Shown here in pieces: positions 1-9,790 of a DNA stretch of 32,000 bases. Numbering within the stretch: the stretch's first letter is position 1; the number at the start of each line of letters is the position of its first letter. The translations under genes and the position numbers were made by a program. This stretch comes from Nitrosospira multiformis ATCC 25196 (GTDB lineage Bacteria > Pseudomonadota > Gammaproteobacteria > Burkholderiales > Nitrosomonadaceae), in contig NC_007614.1 in NCBI RefSeq assembly GCF_000196355.1, positions 2,910,001-2,942,000 of the forward strand, read 5' to 3'. The notes beneath the pieces were generated by a model. The model was given only the letters and a program-made list of their open reading frames with translations, ran no database searches and was not told the origin of the DNA.

Positions 1-1185
1 GAGCGGTTCGGTTTCCGCGGGTTCAATTCCCGCTTCCTCGCGCAACTGTGCAGCCTTATCCGTCGATTCCCAGCTGAATTCCGGTTCGTCCCGGCCAAAA
101 TGGCCATAGGCAGCTGTCTTCTCGTAGATGGGACGCAGCAGATCAAGGCCGTGGATGATGCCGCGCGGACGCAGATCGAAGTGCCGCTCAATCAGTTTGA
201 CGATTTTATCGTCCGGAATTTTTCCGGTTCCAAAAGTGTCCACCATCAGCGAAACGGGGCGGGCAACTCCGATCGCATAAGCCATCTGTACCTCGCATCT
301 ACTGGCGATACCGGCCGCAACAAGATTCTTTGCCACATATCGTCCGGCATAAGCAGCGGAACGATCTACTTTGGACGGATCCTTGCCGGAGAAGGCGCCC
401 CCGCCATGGTGCGCGGTACCTCCATAGCTGTCGACGATAATCTTCCGTCCGGTCAGTCCGCAATCTCCCATGGGGCCGCCCACTACGAAACGTCCTGTGG
501 GGTTGATCAGATACCGCGTTTCGCCACTCAGCATTTTTTTCGGAAGCACGGGTTTGATGACTTCCTCAATAATGGCCTCGCTCAAATCGGTGTGACTGAT
601 GTCCGGGTGATGTTGTGTGGAAATGACAACGGTCTCGATTCGCTGCGGCTTGCCGTCCAGGTAACGTACTGAAACCTGCGATTTTGCATCCGGACGCAGC
701 CACGGGAGGCGTCCGTCTTTCCGCAGTTCCGCCTGGCGCTCCATCAACCGGTGGGCATAGTAGATCGGCATGGGCATCAATTGCGGCGTCTCATCGCAGG
801 CGTAGCCGAACATGAGACCCTGGTCACCCGCCCCCTGATCCATTTCCTCTTCCTTGGTGCGGTTGACCCCGCGCGCGATATCAGGGGATTGCTTATTGAA
901 AGCAGTCAGCACTGCACAGGTATTATAGTCAAAGCCGATATCGGAACTGTTGTAACCGATGCGCTTGACCGCGGCGCGCGCGACCTGCATGTAGTCCACA
1001 TTGGCCTGAGTGGTGATTTCGCCCGACATGACGATCAGACCGGTACTGCATAACGTTTCGCAAGCTACCCGTGCATTGGGATCCTGAGCCAGGATGGCGT
1101 CGAGGATGGAATCGGAAATTTGATCGGCCACCTTATCGGGATGACCTTCAGACACGGATTCGGAGGTAAAAAGATATTCGCTCAT
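1..1185 (-). CDS. metK: S-adenosylmethionine synthetase (MetK), 3' end runs up to or off the window edge
   Basis: Reverse translation from ATG at 1185 gives [32 protein letters not shown]...; the region near position 1 gives [21 protein letters not shown], the typical MetK C-terminus. The ORF track lists only opposite-strand shadows here. Confidence 0.97.
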   Translation of the reverse strand, partial: MSEYLFTSESVSEGHPDKVADQISDSILDAILAQDPNARVACETLCSTGLIVMSGEITTQANVDYMQVARAAVKRIGYNSSDIGFDYNTCAVLTAFNKQSPDIARGVNRTKEEEMDQGAGDQGLMFGYACDETPQLMPMPIYYAHRLMERQAELRKDGRLPWLRPDAKSQVSVRYLDGKPQRIETVVISTQHHPDISHTDLSEAIIEEVIKPVLPKKMLSGETRYLINPTGRFVVGGPMGDCGLTGRKIIVDSYGGTAHHGGGAFSGKDPSKVDRSAAYAGRYVAKNLVAAGIASRCEVQMAYAIGVARPVSLMVDTFGTGKIPDDKIVKLIERHFDLRPRGIIHGLDLLRPIYEKTAAYGHFGRDEPEFSWESTDKAAQLREEAGIEPAETEPL

Positions 1186-1327
1186 TTTGTCCAGCCCGCT
1201 TAATCGTAAAAGGTCTGTAGAATACCAAATTCTACGCTTATTAAGAAGACGGATAATACAATACGGCTTGACATGCCGATGTTTCCATACCTCGTGCTGT
1301 GATTCTTATTCTTGCAACGCTTGATGA

Positions 1328-2161
1328 ATGAAGCTCAAGTTCACCAAAATGCATGGCCTCGGCAACGATTTCATTGTCATTGATGCCGTGAATCAGCAGA
1401 TTTCCCTCTCACCCGAACAATTGCGGCGCCTTGCCGACCGCCACCTGGGAGTAGGCTGCGACCAGATTCTGCTGATCGAAAAGGCGGAAGGGGATGCTGA
1501 TTTCCGTTATCGCATTTTTAATGCCGACGGAGGAGAAGTGGAACAATGCGGCAATGGGGCGCGCTGCTTCGTTCGCTACGTCCATGATCATGGTATGACG
1601 GACAAGCAGCAGGTAAGGATTGAAACGCTAAGCGGGGTGGTTATTCCGGAGCTTGAAGCGGACGGGGAAGTAACGGTCAACATGGGTGTGCCGAAATTCG
1701 ATCCCGTCGAAATTCCTTTTATCGCCGAACAGCGAGCGCCTACTTACTCCCTCTCCCTGGATGACAGGCAGGTGGAAATCAGCAGTGTATCGATGGGCAA
1801 TCCCCACGCGGTCCAGGTAGTATCGGATCTGGATAACGCGCCGGTTTTGACGGAGGGGCCAGTTATCGAAAAGCATTCTCGTTTTCCTCAGCGAGTAAAT
1901 GCCGGATATATGCAAGTCGTCGATCCTCATCATATCCGGCTGAGAGTCTACGAGCGGGGCGCGGGTGAAACCCTGGCTTGCGGCACCGGTGCCTGTGCGG
2001 CGGCGGTTGCGGGAATTCAGCGAGGGCTGCTCGAATCGCCCGTCAGGGTGAGCTTTTCCACTGGAGACCTGTTCATACGATGGGAAGGGGAAAATCAGCC
2101 GGTGTGGATGACCGGTCCTGCCGTCGCCGTTTTTGATGGAGAAATCGAGTTGCAGTTTTAA
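1328..2161 (+). CDS. dapF: Diaminopimelate epimerase
   Basis: [21 protein letters not shown]..., GNGARCF and [15 protein letters not shown] catalytic Cys motifs. Confidence 0.98.
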   Translation: MKLKFTKMHGLGNDFIVIDAVNQQISLSPEQLRRLADRHLGVGCDQILLIEKAEGDADFRYRIFNADGGEVEQCGNGARCFVRYVHDHGMTDKQQVRIETLSGVVIPELEADGEVTVNMGVPKFDPVEIPFIAEQRAPTYSLSLDDRQVEISSVSMGNPHAVQVVSDLDNAPVLTEGPVIEKHSRFPQRVNAGYMQVVDPHHIRLRVYERGAGETLACGTGACAAAVAGIQRGLLESPVRVSFSTGDLFIRWEGENQPVWMTGPAVAVFDGEIELQF

Positions 2162-2174
2162 AAACAGAAAAGAT

Positions 2175-2834
2175 ATGAAATCAAGTTTCGAAGAGATAGC
2201 AGAGTATCTGCGTGCGAATCCCGAGTTCTTTGAAGCCCATGCGAGCATGCTGGCAGATATTCAGGTGCCCAATCCCCATGACGGGAGGGCGATTTCCTTA
2301 AGTGAGCGTCAAATCCTGGCGTTGCGGGAAAAAAACCAGATTTTGCAGGATAAACTGGAGGAACTGATCCTGTTCGGCAAGGAGAATGACGCCATCGCGG
2401 AAAAAATGCACAAATTGGCAGTCTCGCTCCTCGCCTTCAGACGTTTGCCCGATCTTCTGGATGGACTCACTTTTGCGCTGCGTGAAAGCTTCTTGGTGCC
2501 TCACAGCGTGCTTCGCATCTGGAATATCGGTATTGACGGGCCCCTGCCACCGGAATTTCTACCCGTCAGCAGCGAGGTTCACGCGATGGCGGAAAATTTG
2601 CTGCACCCTTATTGCGGACCCCATGTTCCGGATGAGATCAGAAGCTGGTTCGGTGAACAGGCCGAGCATCTGCGTTCATTTGCGATGACAGCATTGCATG
2701 GAGATCAAACCATCGGATTACTGGTAATGGGCAGTGAAGAATCGCAGAGGTTCTATCCGGAGATGGGAACAGTTTACCTTGGGCGACTCGGTGAACTTGC
2801 CAGTGCGTCATTGAAACGTTTTCGCACGGCCTGA
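2175..2834 (+). CDS. DUF484 family protein (GAF-like), between dapF and xerC
   Basis: Internal start MKSSFEEIAEYLRANPEFFEAHASMLADIQVPNPH typical of DUF484; conserved dapF-DUF484-xerC order. Confidence 0.9.
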   Translation: MKSSFEEIAEYLRANPEFFEAHASMLADIQVPNPHDGRAISLSERQILALREKNQILQDKLEELILFGKENDAIAEKMHKLAVSLLAFRRLPDLLDGLTFALRESFLVPHSVLRIWNIGIDGPLPPEFLPVSSEVHAMAENLLHPYCGPHVPDEIRSWFGEQAEHLRSFAMTALHGDQTIGLLVMGSEESQRFYPEMGTVYLGRLGELASASLKRFRTA

Positions 2835-2836
2835 GA

Positions 2837-3793
2837 ATGGGAAAGGAGCAACACCCGGAATCCCTAACCGGTCTGAGCGATCCCGGCAAGATGCCCGAAA
2901 AGGGGCAGGCCGAACTTGCCTCCGCCTATCTCGCTTATCTTTCCGTCACGCGGCGACTGTCGCCGCTTACCTGCGAAAGTTATGGCCGCGATCTCGATGT
3001 ACTGATGAATCTCTCGCGGGGAATCGCGCTGGAGCATTTGCAAATCCATCATATCCGGCGTTTTCTTGCTCAGTTGCATGCAAACGGATTTTCCGGCAGG
3101 AGCCTGGCGAGAATGCTGTCTGCATGGCGAGGGCTCTACAATTACCTGGCGCGACATCATGGTTACGCGTGTAACCCCTGCGCCGGGGTGCGGGCGCCGA
3201 AGTCCCCCAGGAGCCTGCCTCGCACCCTGTCCCCTGATGAGGCCTTGAAGCTGCTGGAGTTTGATACTCCCGATCTGGTTGCCTTACGCGATAAAGCCAT
3301 GTTCGAACTCTGCTATTCTTCGGGATTGCGGCTGGCGGAACTCGCGAACCTGAAGCCGGAGGATTTAAGTCTGGCGGAGGGGATCGTGCGCGTTACCGGC
3401 AAAGGGAATAAAACGCGGGATGTGCCGGTAGGAAGCAAAGCCATGCAAGTAGTGAGGGAATGGATAAAACAACGCGCCACGCTCGCCAAGCCAGGGGAAA
3501 CAGGTCTATTCCTGTCCCGCCACGGGAGGAATATCAGTCGCCGGTCGATCGATCAGCGTCTGAAAATCCAGGCAGTAAAGCAAGGAATCAGCGGACGCAT
3601 CCACCCGCACGTGCTGCGGCATTCATTTGCATCACATGTACTGCAATCCAGCGGCAACCTGAGAGCGGTGCAGGAGATGCTGGGGCATGCCAGCATCAGC
3701 ACCACGCAGGTATATACCCATCTCGACTTCCAGCATCTATCGAAGGTCTATGATGCGACCCACCCCCGCGCACGAAAGAAGAAAGAGTCTTGA
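2837..3793 (+). CDS. xerC: Tyrosine recombinase XerC (dif-site resolution)
   Basis: Tyrosine recombinase with R...HVLRHSFASH...LGHASISTTQVYTH motifs; chromosomal context. Confidence 0.95.
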   Translation: MGKEQHPESLTGLSDPGKMPEKGQAELASAYLAYLSVTRRLSPLTCESYGRDLDVLMNLSRGIALEHLQIHHIRRFLAQLHANGFSGRSLARMLSAWRGLYNYLARHHGYACNPCAGVRAPKSPRSLPRTLSPDEALKLLEFDTPDLVALRDKAMFELCYSSGLRLAELANLKPEDLSLAEGIVRVTGKGNKTRDVPVGSKAMQVVREWIKQRATLAKPGETGLFLSRHGRNISRRSIDQRLKIQAVKQGISGRIHPHVLRHSFASHVLQSSGNLRAVQEMLGHASISTTQVYTHLDFQHLSKVYDATHPRARKKKES

Positions 3794-3860
3794 GTCGCAA
3801 AGATGAACCGGACTACGGATTGGTACAAACACTGTTTGCATGCTTCGCGCGAATCGGCGT

Positions 3861-3866
3861 TATAAT
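3861..3866 (+). promoter_or_regulatory. Candidate -10 element (TATAAT) for hslVU
   Basis: Exact TATAAT 28 bp upstream of the hslV ATG; the -35 is poor (TTGCAT with a long spacer). A sigma-32 promoter was not convincingly seen. Confidence 0.35.
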
Positions 3867-3893
3867 CTTCGCTCTCCAATTACCGGGCTAGAC

Positions 3894-4430
3894 ATGGCAG
3901 AATACCACGGCACAACCATACTTTCCGCCCGGCGCGGGAACCACGTCGCGCTGGGCGGCGATGGCCAAGTGACGCTGGGAGCGGTGGTAGCCAAAGCCAG
4001 CGCGCGCAAGGTCCGGCGGCTGTATCATGACAGAATCCTGGCCGGATTTGCCGGAGGAACGGCGGATGCCTTTACTTTGTTCGAACGTTTTGAAGGCAAG
4101 CTGGAAAAACATCAGGGCCACCTCATGCGCTCGGCGGTGGAATTGGCAAAAGACTGGCGCACCGACCGGATTCTGCGCAGACTCGAAGCCATGCTCGTCG
4201 TCGCCGATCCGGCTGCCACCCTCATTATTACCGGGGCGGGAGATGTAATAGAGCCAGAGTTCGGGCTGGCGGCAATCGGCAGCGGCGGTTCCTACGCGCA
4301 TTCAGCGGCACGCGCGCTTCTGGAAAATACCGACCTTACACCGCCGGAAATCGTCAAGAAGGCGCTTACCATAGCCGGGGATCTGTGTATCTACACCAAT
4401 CAGAACCACGTAATCGAGGTTCTGGAATAG
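3894..4430 (+). CDS. hslV: ATP-dependent protease peptidase subunit HslV
   Basis: [43 protein letters not shown]... catalytic N-terminal Thr after processing. Confidence 0.97.
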   Translation: MAEYHGTTILSARRGNHVALGGDGQVTLGAVVAKASARKVRRLYHDRILAGFAGGTADAFTLFERFEGKLEKHQGHLMRSAVELAKDWRTDRILRRLEAMLVVADPAATLIITGAGDVIEPEFGLAAIGSGGSYAHSAARALLENTDLTPPEIVKKALTIAGDLCIYTNQNHVIEVLE

Positions 4431-4556
4431 CAGCCGAAGAAAATGAATCCGGAAATATAGGACTGGCACCTCTATTCCGGTATAACCTTATGCCTTGTAT
4501 CGTTTGTACTATTGCTTTGATTTCTCTCACCCCTTGCCTTTATCGCTGACCTGATC

Positions 4557-5888
4557 ATGTCTCAACTGACTCCCCGTGAAATCGTCCACGAGCTTGACAA
4601 GCACATCATAGGTCAGGATGCCGCCAAACGTTCGGTTGCCATCGCGCTCAGGAATCGCTGGCGCCGGCAGCAGGTACAGGATCCACTGCGCCAGGAGATC
4701 ACACCCAAGAATATTTTGATGATCGGTCCCACGGGTGTCGGCAAGACGGAAATAGCGCGCCGGCTCGCGAAACTTGCGGATGCGCCGTTCATCAAGGTGG
4801 AGGCAACCAAATTTACCGAAGTAGGGTATGTTGGGCGTGATGTGGATTCGATCATCCGTGATCTTGTGGAAGCGGCGGTCAAGCAATCCCGGGAGCGTGA
4901 AACGCAAAAGATGCGGGCGCGCGCGGAAGACCATGCCGAGGAGCGCATTCTCGATGTGCTATTGCCTGTGGCCAGGGAAACGGGGCTGCAGATGGACTCC
5001 ATCGAAGCGGAAAGTGCTACCCGCCAGAAATTTCGAAAGAAGCTGCGCGAGGGAGAGCTCAACGATAAGGAGATCGAAATCGAGTTGGCAACCCCGCATA
5101 CCCACATGGAAATCTTTGCCCCCCCCGGAATGGAAGAGCTGACAACGCAGATTCAAGGCATGTTCCAGAATCTGGGTGCGGAAAGAAAAAGGATGCGAAA
5201 GCTTAAAATCCGCGAAGCGATGAAGCTCCTTATTGATGAGGAAGCCTCGAAGCTGGTTAATGATGAGGAATTGAAACTGCGCGCGGTGCAGAATGTCGAG
5301 CAGAACGGCATCGTGTTTCTGGATGAAATCGACAAGATCACGAGCCGTTCCGAGACTTCGGGGGCAGACGTATCGCGCCAGGGCGTTCAACGGGACCTGC
5401 TGCCTCTGGTCGAAGGTACCACGATTTCCACCAAATATGGCATGATCAAGACAGATCATATTCTGTTTATCGCCAGCGGAGCCTTTCACCTCGCCAAGCC
5501 TTCCGATCTGATTCCCGAGTTGCAGGGCCGTTTTCCAATCCGGGTCGAACTCACCAGTCTCAGCGCTGGCGATTTTGTACAAATCCTCACCAATACCGAT
5601 GCCTGTTTGAAACGTCAATATGAAGCGCTGCTGGAAACCGAAGGGGTGAGGCTGGAATTTACCCCTGATGCGGTCAAGCGTCTGGCGGAGATCGCCTTTG
5701 CAGTCAACGAAAAAACAGAGAATATTGGAGCACGGCGTCTTTATACCGCCATGGAAAAACTGCTGGAGGATGTTTCGTTCGATGCGGAGAAACACCATGG
5801 AGATGCGGTTGTCATTGATGCCGCCTATGTGGATAAACGGCTCGGCGACCTGGCGCAAAGCGAGGATCTCGCCCGCTACGTGCTTTAA
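4557..5888 (+). CDS. hslU: ATP-dependent protease ATPase subunit HslU
   Basis: [37 protein letters not shown]..., Walker [10 protein letters not shown], Walker [11 protein letters not shown]. Confidence 0.98.
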   Translation: MSQLTPREIVHELDKHIIGQDAAKRSVAIALRNRWRRQQVQDPLRQEITPKNILMIGPTGVGKTEIARRLAKLADAPFIKVEATKFTEVGYVGRDVDSIIRDLVEAAVKQSRERETQKMRARAEDHAEERILDVLLPVARETGLQMDSIEAESATRQKFRKKLREGELNDKEIEIELATPHTHMEIFAPPGMEELTTQIQGMFQNLGAERKRMRKLKIREAMKLLIDEEASKLVNDEELKLRAVQNVEQNGIVFLDEIDKITSRSETSGADVSRQGVQRDLLPLVEGTTISTKYGMIKTDHILFIASGAFHLAKPSDLIPELQGRFPIRVELTSLSAGDFVQILTNTDACLKRQYEALLETEGVRLEFTPDAVKRLAEIAFAVNEKTENIGARRLYTAMEKLLEDVSFDAEKHHGDAVVIDAAYVDKRLGDLAQSEDLARYVL

Positions 5889-6260
5889 GGAATCTCGGAA
5901 CAAGTCTCCGCAGAGCGCGTTGCTGTTAAAATTGGGATGATCACAAGGCACAGTTCGAAGGTCGTAATCCAAACTACAATACTAAGAAGTTCAAAGAAGT
6001 GAGCGCCCAATTTTGTAGCAACCCTTATGGGACGGGACTTTGCAGGCGGTCTGCTTTGTCAGGCTCCTAGCGAAGGGGATCACCATTCGCGTCGTCGCCT
6101 TTCGCGCATCCCATCCTGCAAAGTGCGTCGCGCCTCCGGGAACCTGTTCAGAGATTCCTTAAGAAGTCGCTGAAGGCTTCCATCTTCAGACAATCTTCAT
6201 CCCCATAAGAAGAAGACTATCTCGGCACGATACAGATACGCACTACCGATAAAGCTGCGG

Positions 6261-7445
6261 TTACACTGATTGCCCTGCCGCATAACCCGATGACCAGGCC
6301 CACTGGAAATTGAAGCCCCCCAGTTGGCCCGTGACATCGACGACTTCTCCCACGAAATAAAGGCCGGGTACTTTTTTCGATTCCATCGTTTTGGAAGAAA
6401 GCTCGGCAGTATCGATGCCTCCAAGGGTTACTTCCGCCTTTTTATAGCCGGCGGTGCCGCTCGGAATAACCTGCCAGGCATGCAATTGAGGAGCCAGTTG
6501 CCTCAAGCTCTTGTTGCCATACTGGTTTACAGGTGTTTCCGGGAGCCCACCCATCATTGCACCCAGCCAGGCCTCTGCAAACCGCCGGGGCAGATGCTGC
6601 GCTAACAGATTGGATAGCAGGACCCCGCTGTGTCTGCGATCGCGCAACCAATCGTCTGCATCCAGTTCAGGTAACAGGTTGATATGGATCGGATCTCCCG
6701 GCCGCCAGTATGAGGAAATCTGGAGGATTGCAGGCCCGCTCAGACCCCGATGCGTGATCAGCAGATTTTCTCTAAAATGCGCGCCGTTACAGCTCACTAT
6801 TGTATCGAGCGCAATTCCCGTGAGCCCTGAAAAAGCGGATAACTGTTCCGGCGCAAAAGTCAGCGGTACCAGGGCGGGACGTAGCGCCGTAACGTTTATG
6901 CCGAACTGTTCTGCGATGCGATAGCCAAAAGGACTGGCGCCGATTTGCGGAATGGAAAGACCTCCGGTCGCGATTACCAGCGCGTCTGCCATCACTTTGC
7001 TACAGCTGGTTTCCAATACGAATCCAGTATTGCCGGAGTCCCGGTCTATGCGGCTTACCTCGCAGGGCATTTGAAAGATGACTCCGGCTGCCTCGCATTC
7101 ACTGCGCAGCATGTCGATGATTTGCTGCGAGGCCTCATCGCAAAATAGCTGTCCCAGCTTTTTTTCGTGATAACGGATGCGGTGCTTTTCCACCAGCTCT
7201 ATGAAGTGGCGAGGAGTGAAACGTGCAAGTGCGGATCGGCAGAAATGCGGATTCTGCGACAGAAAATTTTCCGGAACAGTGTGGCGATTCGTGAAATTAC
7301 ACCGCCCCCCTCCCGAGATACGGATTTTTTCCGCCAGTTTGCTGGCATGATCCACCAGCAACACACTTCGTCCACGCTTTCCCGCTTCCATTGCGCACAT
7401 CATGCCGGCTGCGCCAGCGCCTATTACGACGACATCTTTCTTCAA
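6261..7445 (-). CDS. HI0933/BaiN-like NAD(P)/FAD-dependent oxidoreductase (flavoprotein)
   Basis: LKKDVVVIGAGAAGMMCAMEAGKRGRSVLLVDHASKLAEKIRISGGGRCNFTN and C-terminal GQLGGFNFQWAWSSGYAAGQ. The tracked ORF starts at 7697, but the upstream part overlaps the methyltransferase gene; a TTG at 7445 just before KKDVVVIGAG is the plausible start. Confidence 0.88.
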   Translation of the reverse strand: MKKDVVVIGAGAAGMMCAMEAGKRGRSVLLVDHASKLAEKIRISGGGRCNFTNRHTVPENFLSQNPHFCRSALARFTPRHFIELVEKHRIRYHEKKLGQLFCDEASQQIIDMLRSECEAAGVIFQMPCEVSRIDRDSGNTGFVLETSCSKVMADALVIATGGLSIPQIGASPFGYRIAEQFGINVTALRPALVPLTFAPEQLSAFSGLTGIALDTIVSCNGAHFRENLLITHRGLSGPAILQISSYWRPGDPIHINLLPELDADDWLRDRRHSGVLLSNLLAQHLPRRFAEAWLGAMMGGLPETPVNQYGNKSLRQLAPQLHAWQVIPSGTAGYKKAEVTLGGIDTAELSSKTMESKKVPGLYFVGEVVDVTGQLGGFNFQWAWSSGYAAGQSV

Positions 7446-7479
7446 TTGCGGTGCTTGGGGGAAAATGGGCCTTGCGGAC

Positions 7480-8121
7480 TTACCCGCGTTCTGTTGCAGG
7501 CTTGCGCCATACACTGGCCAGCCAGGGTTGCTGCTCGCGTGGAAGGCCTGTGGGGCGATAGTAATGAGCAAGCTCGACGAAACCCGCGCCGGACATATAG
7601 CGCCTCCAGCCATCGATATCGTGATAGACGCAATAACGCCCCTGGTTCCAGCCCTCCTCGTTATTCCCGCGGGGGTTGGAGCTGAACAGCACTCCACCCG
7701 GTTTCAGCGTTGCCCACAGTTCTTTTAGCACGCGCGGAAGTTCAACACTCGGAACATGAAACAGGGAGGCATTCGCAAATATGCCATCAAAGTGTTCCTC
7801 AGGCAGATCGAGCCGGAGAAAGTCCTGCTGCCATATCTCGCAGCCGCTATGGTTAGCCGCCATTTCGGCAAGCCGCGTTGCACCTTCCAGCCCGATCGCC
7901 ACATGACCGAGATCGGTAAAAGATTTCAGGTCGCGTCCGGGGCCGCAACCCAGATCCAGTATCTTGAAGGGTGGAGGACTTTCGATGTGGCGCAGCAATG
8001 CAGCAATATTTTGGCTGACATCGTGGTCTTTGGTAGCCTCCCAGAACGCTTCGGCTCTTTCGTTGTAACTGTTCAGGACAAGATGGGAGAGTTTTCTGAG
8101 ATCCGCTGAATCGGTTTTCAC
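7480..8121 (-). CDS. Class I SAM-dependent methyltransferase, GTG start
   Basis: ILDLGCGPGRDLKSFTDLGH SAM-binding motif I; LKPGGVLFSSNP post-motif region. Confidence 0.9.
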   Translation of the reverse strand: MKTDSADLRKLSHLVLNSYNERAEAFWEATKDHDVSQNIAALLRHIESPPPFKILDLGCGPGRDLKSFTDLGHVAIGLEGATRLAEMAANHSGCEIWQQDFLRLDLPEEHFDGIFANASLFHVPSVELPRVLKELWATLKPGGVLFSSNPRGNNEEGWNQGRYCVYHDIDGWRRYMSGAGFVELAHYYRPTGLPREQQPWLASVWRKPATERG

Positions 8122-8140
8122 GGCAACTTACACAAATAGG

Positions 8141-8167
8141 ATAAAAATCAGGCGGACATTCTGCCTG
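8141..8167 (-). terminator. Possible weak intrinsic terminator or attenuator between the DUF2063 gene and the methyltransferase
   Basis: Minus strand reads CAGGC-AGAATGTCC-GCCTG-ATTTTTATCC: 5-bp GC-rich stem followed by a short T run. Confidence 0.4.
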
Positions 8168-8193
8168 TCTCGTGTGAGTCGAACGAAAAGCAC

Positions 8194-8964
8194 TTACTCT
8201 CTGGCAATACCCAGCAATGCGCCCCGAGCCTGAAGATCAATCATGATCTTCTCGCCGCCCTGCATCACGACTTCGGGGGACGGATGCCTGCTTTCGGCCG
8301 TGATGATTTCAAGAGCGGCATGCCCGGTATGCTCTTCCAGCGCAAGCAGATCTATCAGACGCGCGGTAAAGGCGTTGATTTCTGAAAATTGAATCTCATC
8401 ATCCGCGTCACGAAACAGCAGCAAGTAAGTTGTTGCCGGAGTGATGCGGGCGCGTGGGCGGATATGATGAACTGGCCAATGATAGCAAAGATTGGCAAGC
8501 ACCGGATTCAAAAGAGGCCGCCCCTCGAGCAGATTACCGGCGCTATCGATCGTCTTCCAATCGGGCATGTCCGTTGAGGTGGACAATGCCAGTTCCACCC
8601 ATTCGTAGTGCGCCAGCTCCAGGAGGAATCCCGGATAGTTTTCAGGGATGACGCCTTTACTCCCTAGAAATTCTATAAACTCACCGGCTATCTGATGGAA
8701 AAGGGGAGAACGGCTACGATGCGCAATGAGAAAAGCGCGCACCAGCCTTGACCATCGCCGCGGCCCCAGCACATCTCGAGTCACCGGAAAGCATCTGAGA
8801 AGAAAACTGTCGAGATTCTCGTAAACCAGTCTGCTGTATATGCCCATCCGCCGCGCATCGAGTCCAGATGGAACAGGCTTTGCCCGGGGATCGCGAAGGT
8901 GCGCAGTGAAGGCGTACTGGAAGCGCTGAAATTCAGGTGGCTGAGGCATCGCCTGAATCCGCAT
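8194..8964 (-). CDS. DUF2063 / HvfC-BufC-like partner protein of a DUF692 (MNIO) enzyme
   Basis: QRFQYAFTAHLRDP...RRMGIYSRLVYENLDSFLLRCFPVTRDVLG...ELAHYEWVELAL is the DUF2063 signature; overlaps the DUF692 gene by 32 bp. Confidence 0.9.
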   Translation of the reverse strand: MRIQAMPQPPEFQRFQYAFTAHLRDPRAKPVPSGLDARRMGIYSRLVYENLDSFLLRCFPVTRDVLGPRRWSRLVRAFLIAHRSRSPLFHQIAGEFIEFLGSKGVIPENYPGFLLELAHYEWVELALSTSTDMPDWKTIDSAGNLLEGRPLLNPVLANLCYHWPVHHIRPRARITPATTYLLLFRDADDEIQFSEINAFTARLIDLLALEEHTGHAALEIITAESRHPSPEVVMQGGEKIMIDLQARGALLGIARE

Positions 8965-9784
8965 GCTGTGCCTGGATCAGCGCGATATGTAGCACTTCCC
9001 GCATCAACTGCTCGAGCGGAGGAATATTGAAGTCACGCTCGAGCAAAGTCGGCGCAACCCCGTGCATTCCGTAGGTTTGATCCAGCAGCGACCATACCGG
9101 ATCGATTACATCGGCTCCGTGAGTATCGATGATAAGATTCTCCGCCTCCTTATGATGCCCGGCCATGTGCATATACACGATGCGATCGGAAGGCAACGCC
9201 CGGATGAAGTCCACGGGATCATAGTCGTGGTTAATGCTGTTGACGTAGACGTTATTGACATCGAGATGAAGATCGCAATCCGCCTCCAGCAAAACAGCCC
9301 GGATAAAGTCCAATTCACTCATATCGCTGATAGGCGAAGCAACATAAAACGATGCATTTTCCAATGCGATACGCCGCTCGAGAATATCCTGGGTACGGCG
9401 AACGCGTTCAGCGACATATTTTACCGCTTCCTCCGTAAAAGGGATCGGAAGCAGATCGTACAGGTGACCGTCATCGGAGCAGTAGGAAAGATGTTCCGTA
9501 TAAAGAAGTACCCGGTGCTGATCGAGGAACTGGCGAATCTTTTGCAGCAGAATTTCATCCAGGGGAGCAGGACCACCGATTGAAAGGGAAAGGCCATGAC
9601 AGACAAAAGGATAGCGCTCGGTAAAAAAAAGCAGATCCCGTGCCGCCCCCCCTCCAAGGTCGATCCAGTTCTCGGGGGCGATCTCGAAAAAATCGATGGT
9701 GGCGGGGACACCGCTTTTCAGCGCAGGAATGAGCTCCCGCCGGAAGCCCAGCCCCACGCGGGCGAGGCGTGGGAACTGTTGCAT
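8933..9784 (-). CDS. DUF692 family multinuclear non-heme iron oxidative enzyme (HvfB/BufB-like MNIO)
   Basis: VGLGFRRELIP...FFEIAPENWIDLGG..., HGLSLSIGG, HLSYCSDDG, ALENAS, LHLDVNNVYVNSINH, YMHMAGHH; conserved DUF692 pattern. Confidence 0.93.
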   Translation of the reverse strand: MQQFPRLARVGLGFRRELIPALKSGVPATIDFFEIAPENWIDLGGGAARDLLFFTERYPFVCHGLSLSIGGPAPLDEILLQKIRQFLDQHRVLLYTEHLSYCSDDGHLYDLLPIPFTEEAVKYVAERVRRTQDILERRIALENASFYVASPISDMSELDFIRAVLLEADCDLHLDVNNVYVNSINHDYDPVDFIRALPSDRIVYMHMAGHHKEAENLIIDTHGADVIDPVWSLLDQTYGMHGVAPTLLERDFNIPPLEQLMREVLHIALIQAQHADSGDASAT

Positions 9785-9790
9785 GTCCAG

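Noticed and set aside
100-1053. Plus-strand ORFs of 190 and 100 aa
   Set aside because: Antisense to metK, whose frame is clear although missing from the ORF track because it is open at the window edge.
2837-3793. Tyrosine recombinase as a sign of a mobile element or integron
   Set aside because: Sequence and the dapF-DUF484-xerC context indicate chromosomal XerC; no att sites, cargo or integron array nearby.
4959-5972. 337-aa minus-strand ORF
   Set aside because: Antisense shadow of hslU, which is unambiguous.
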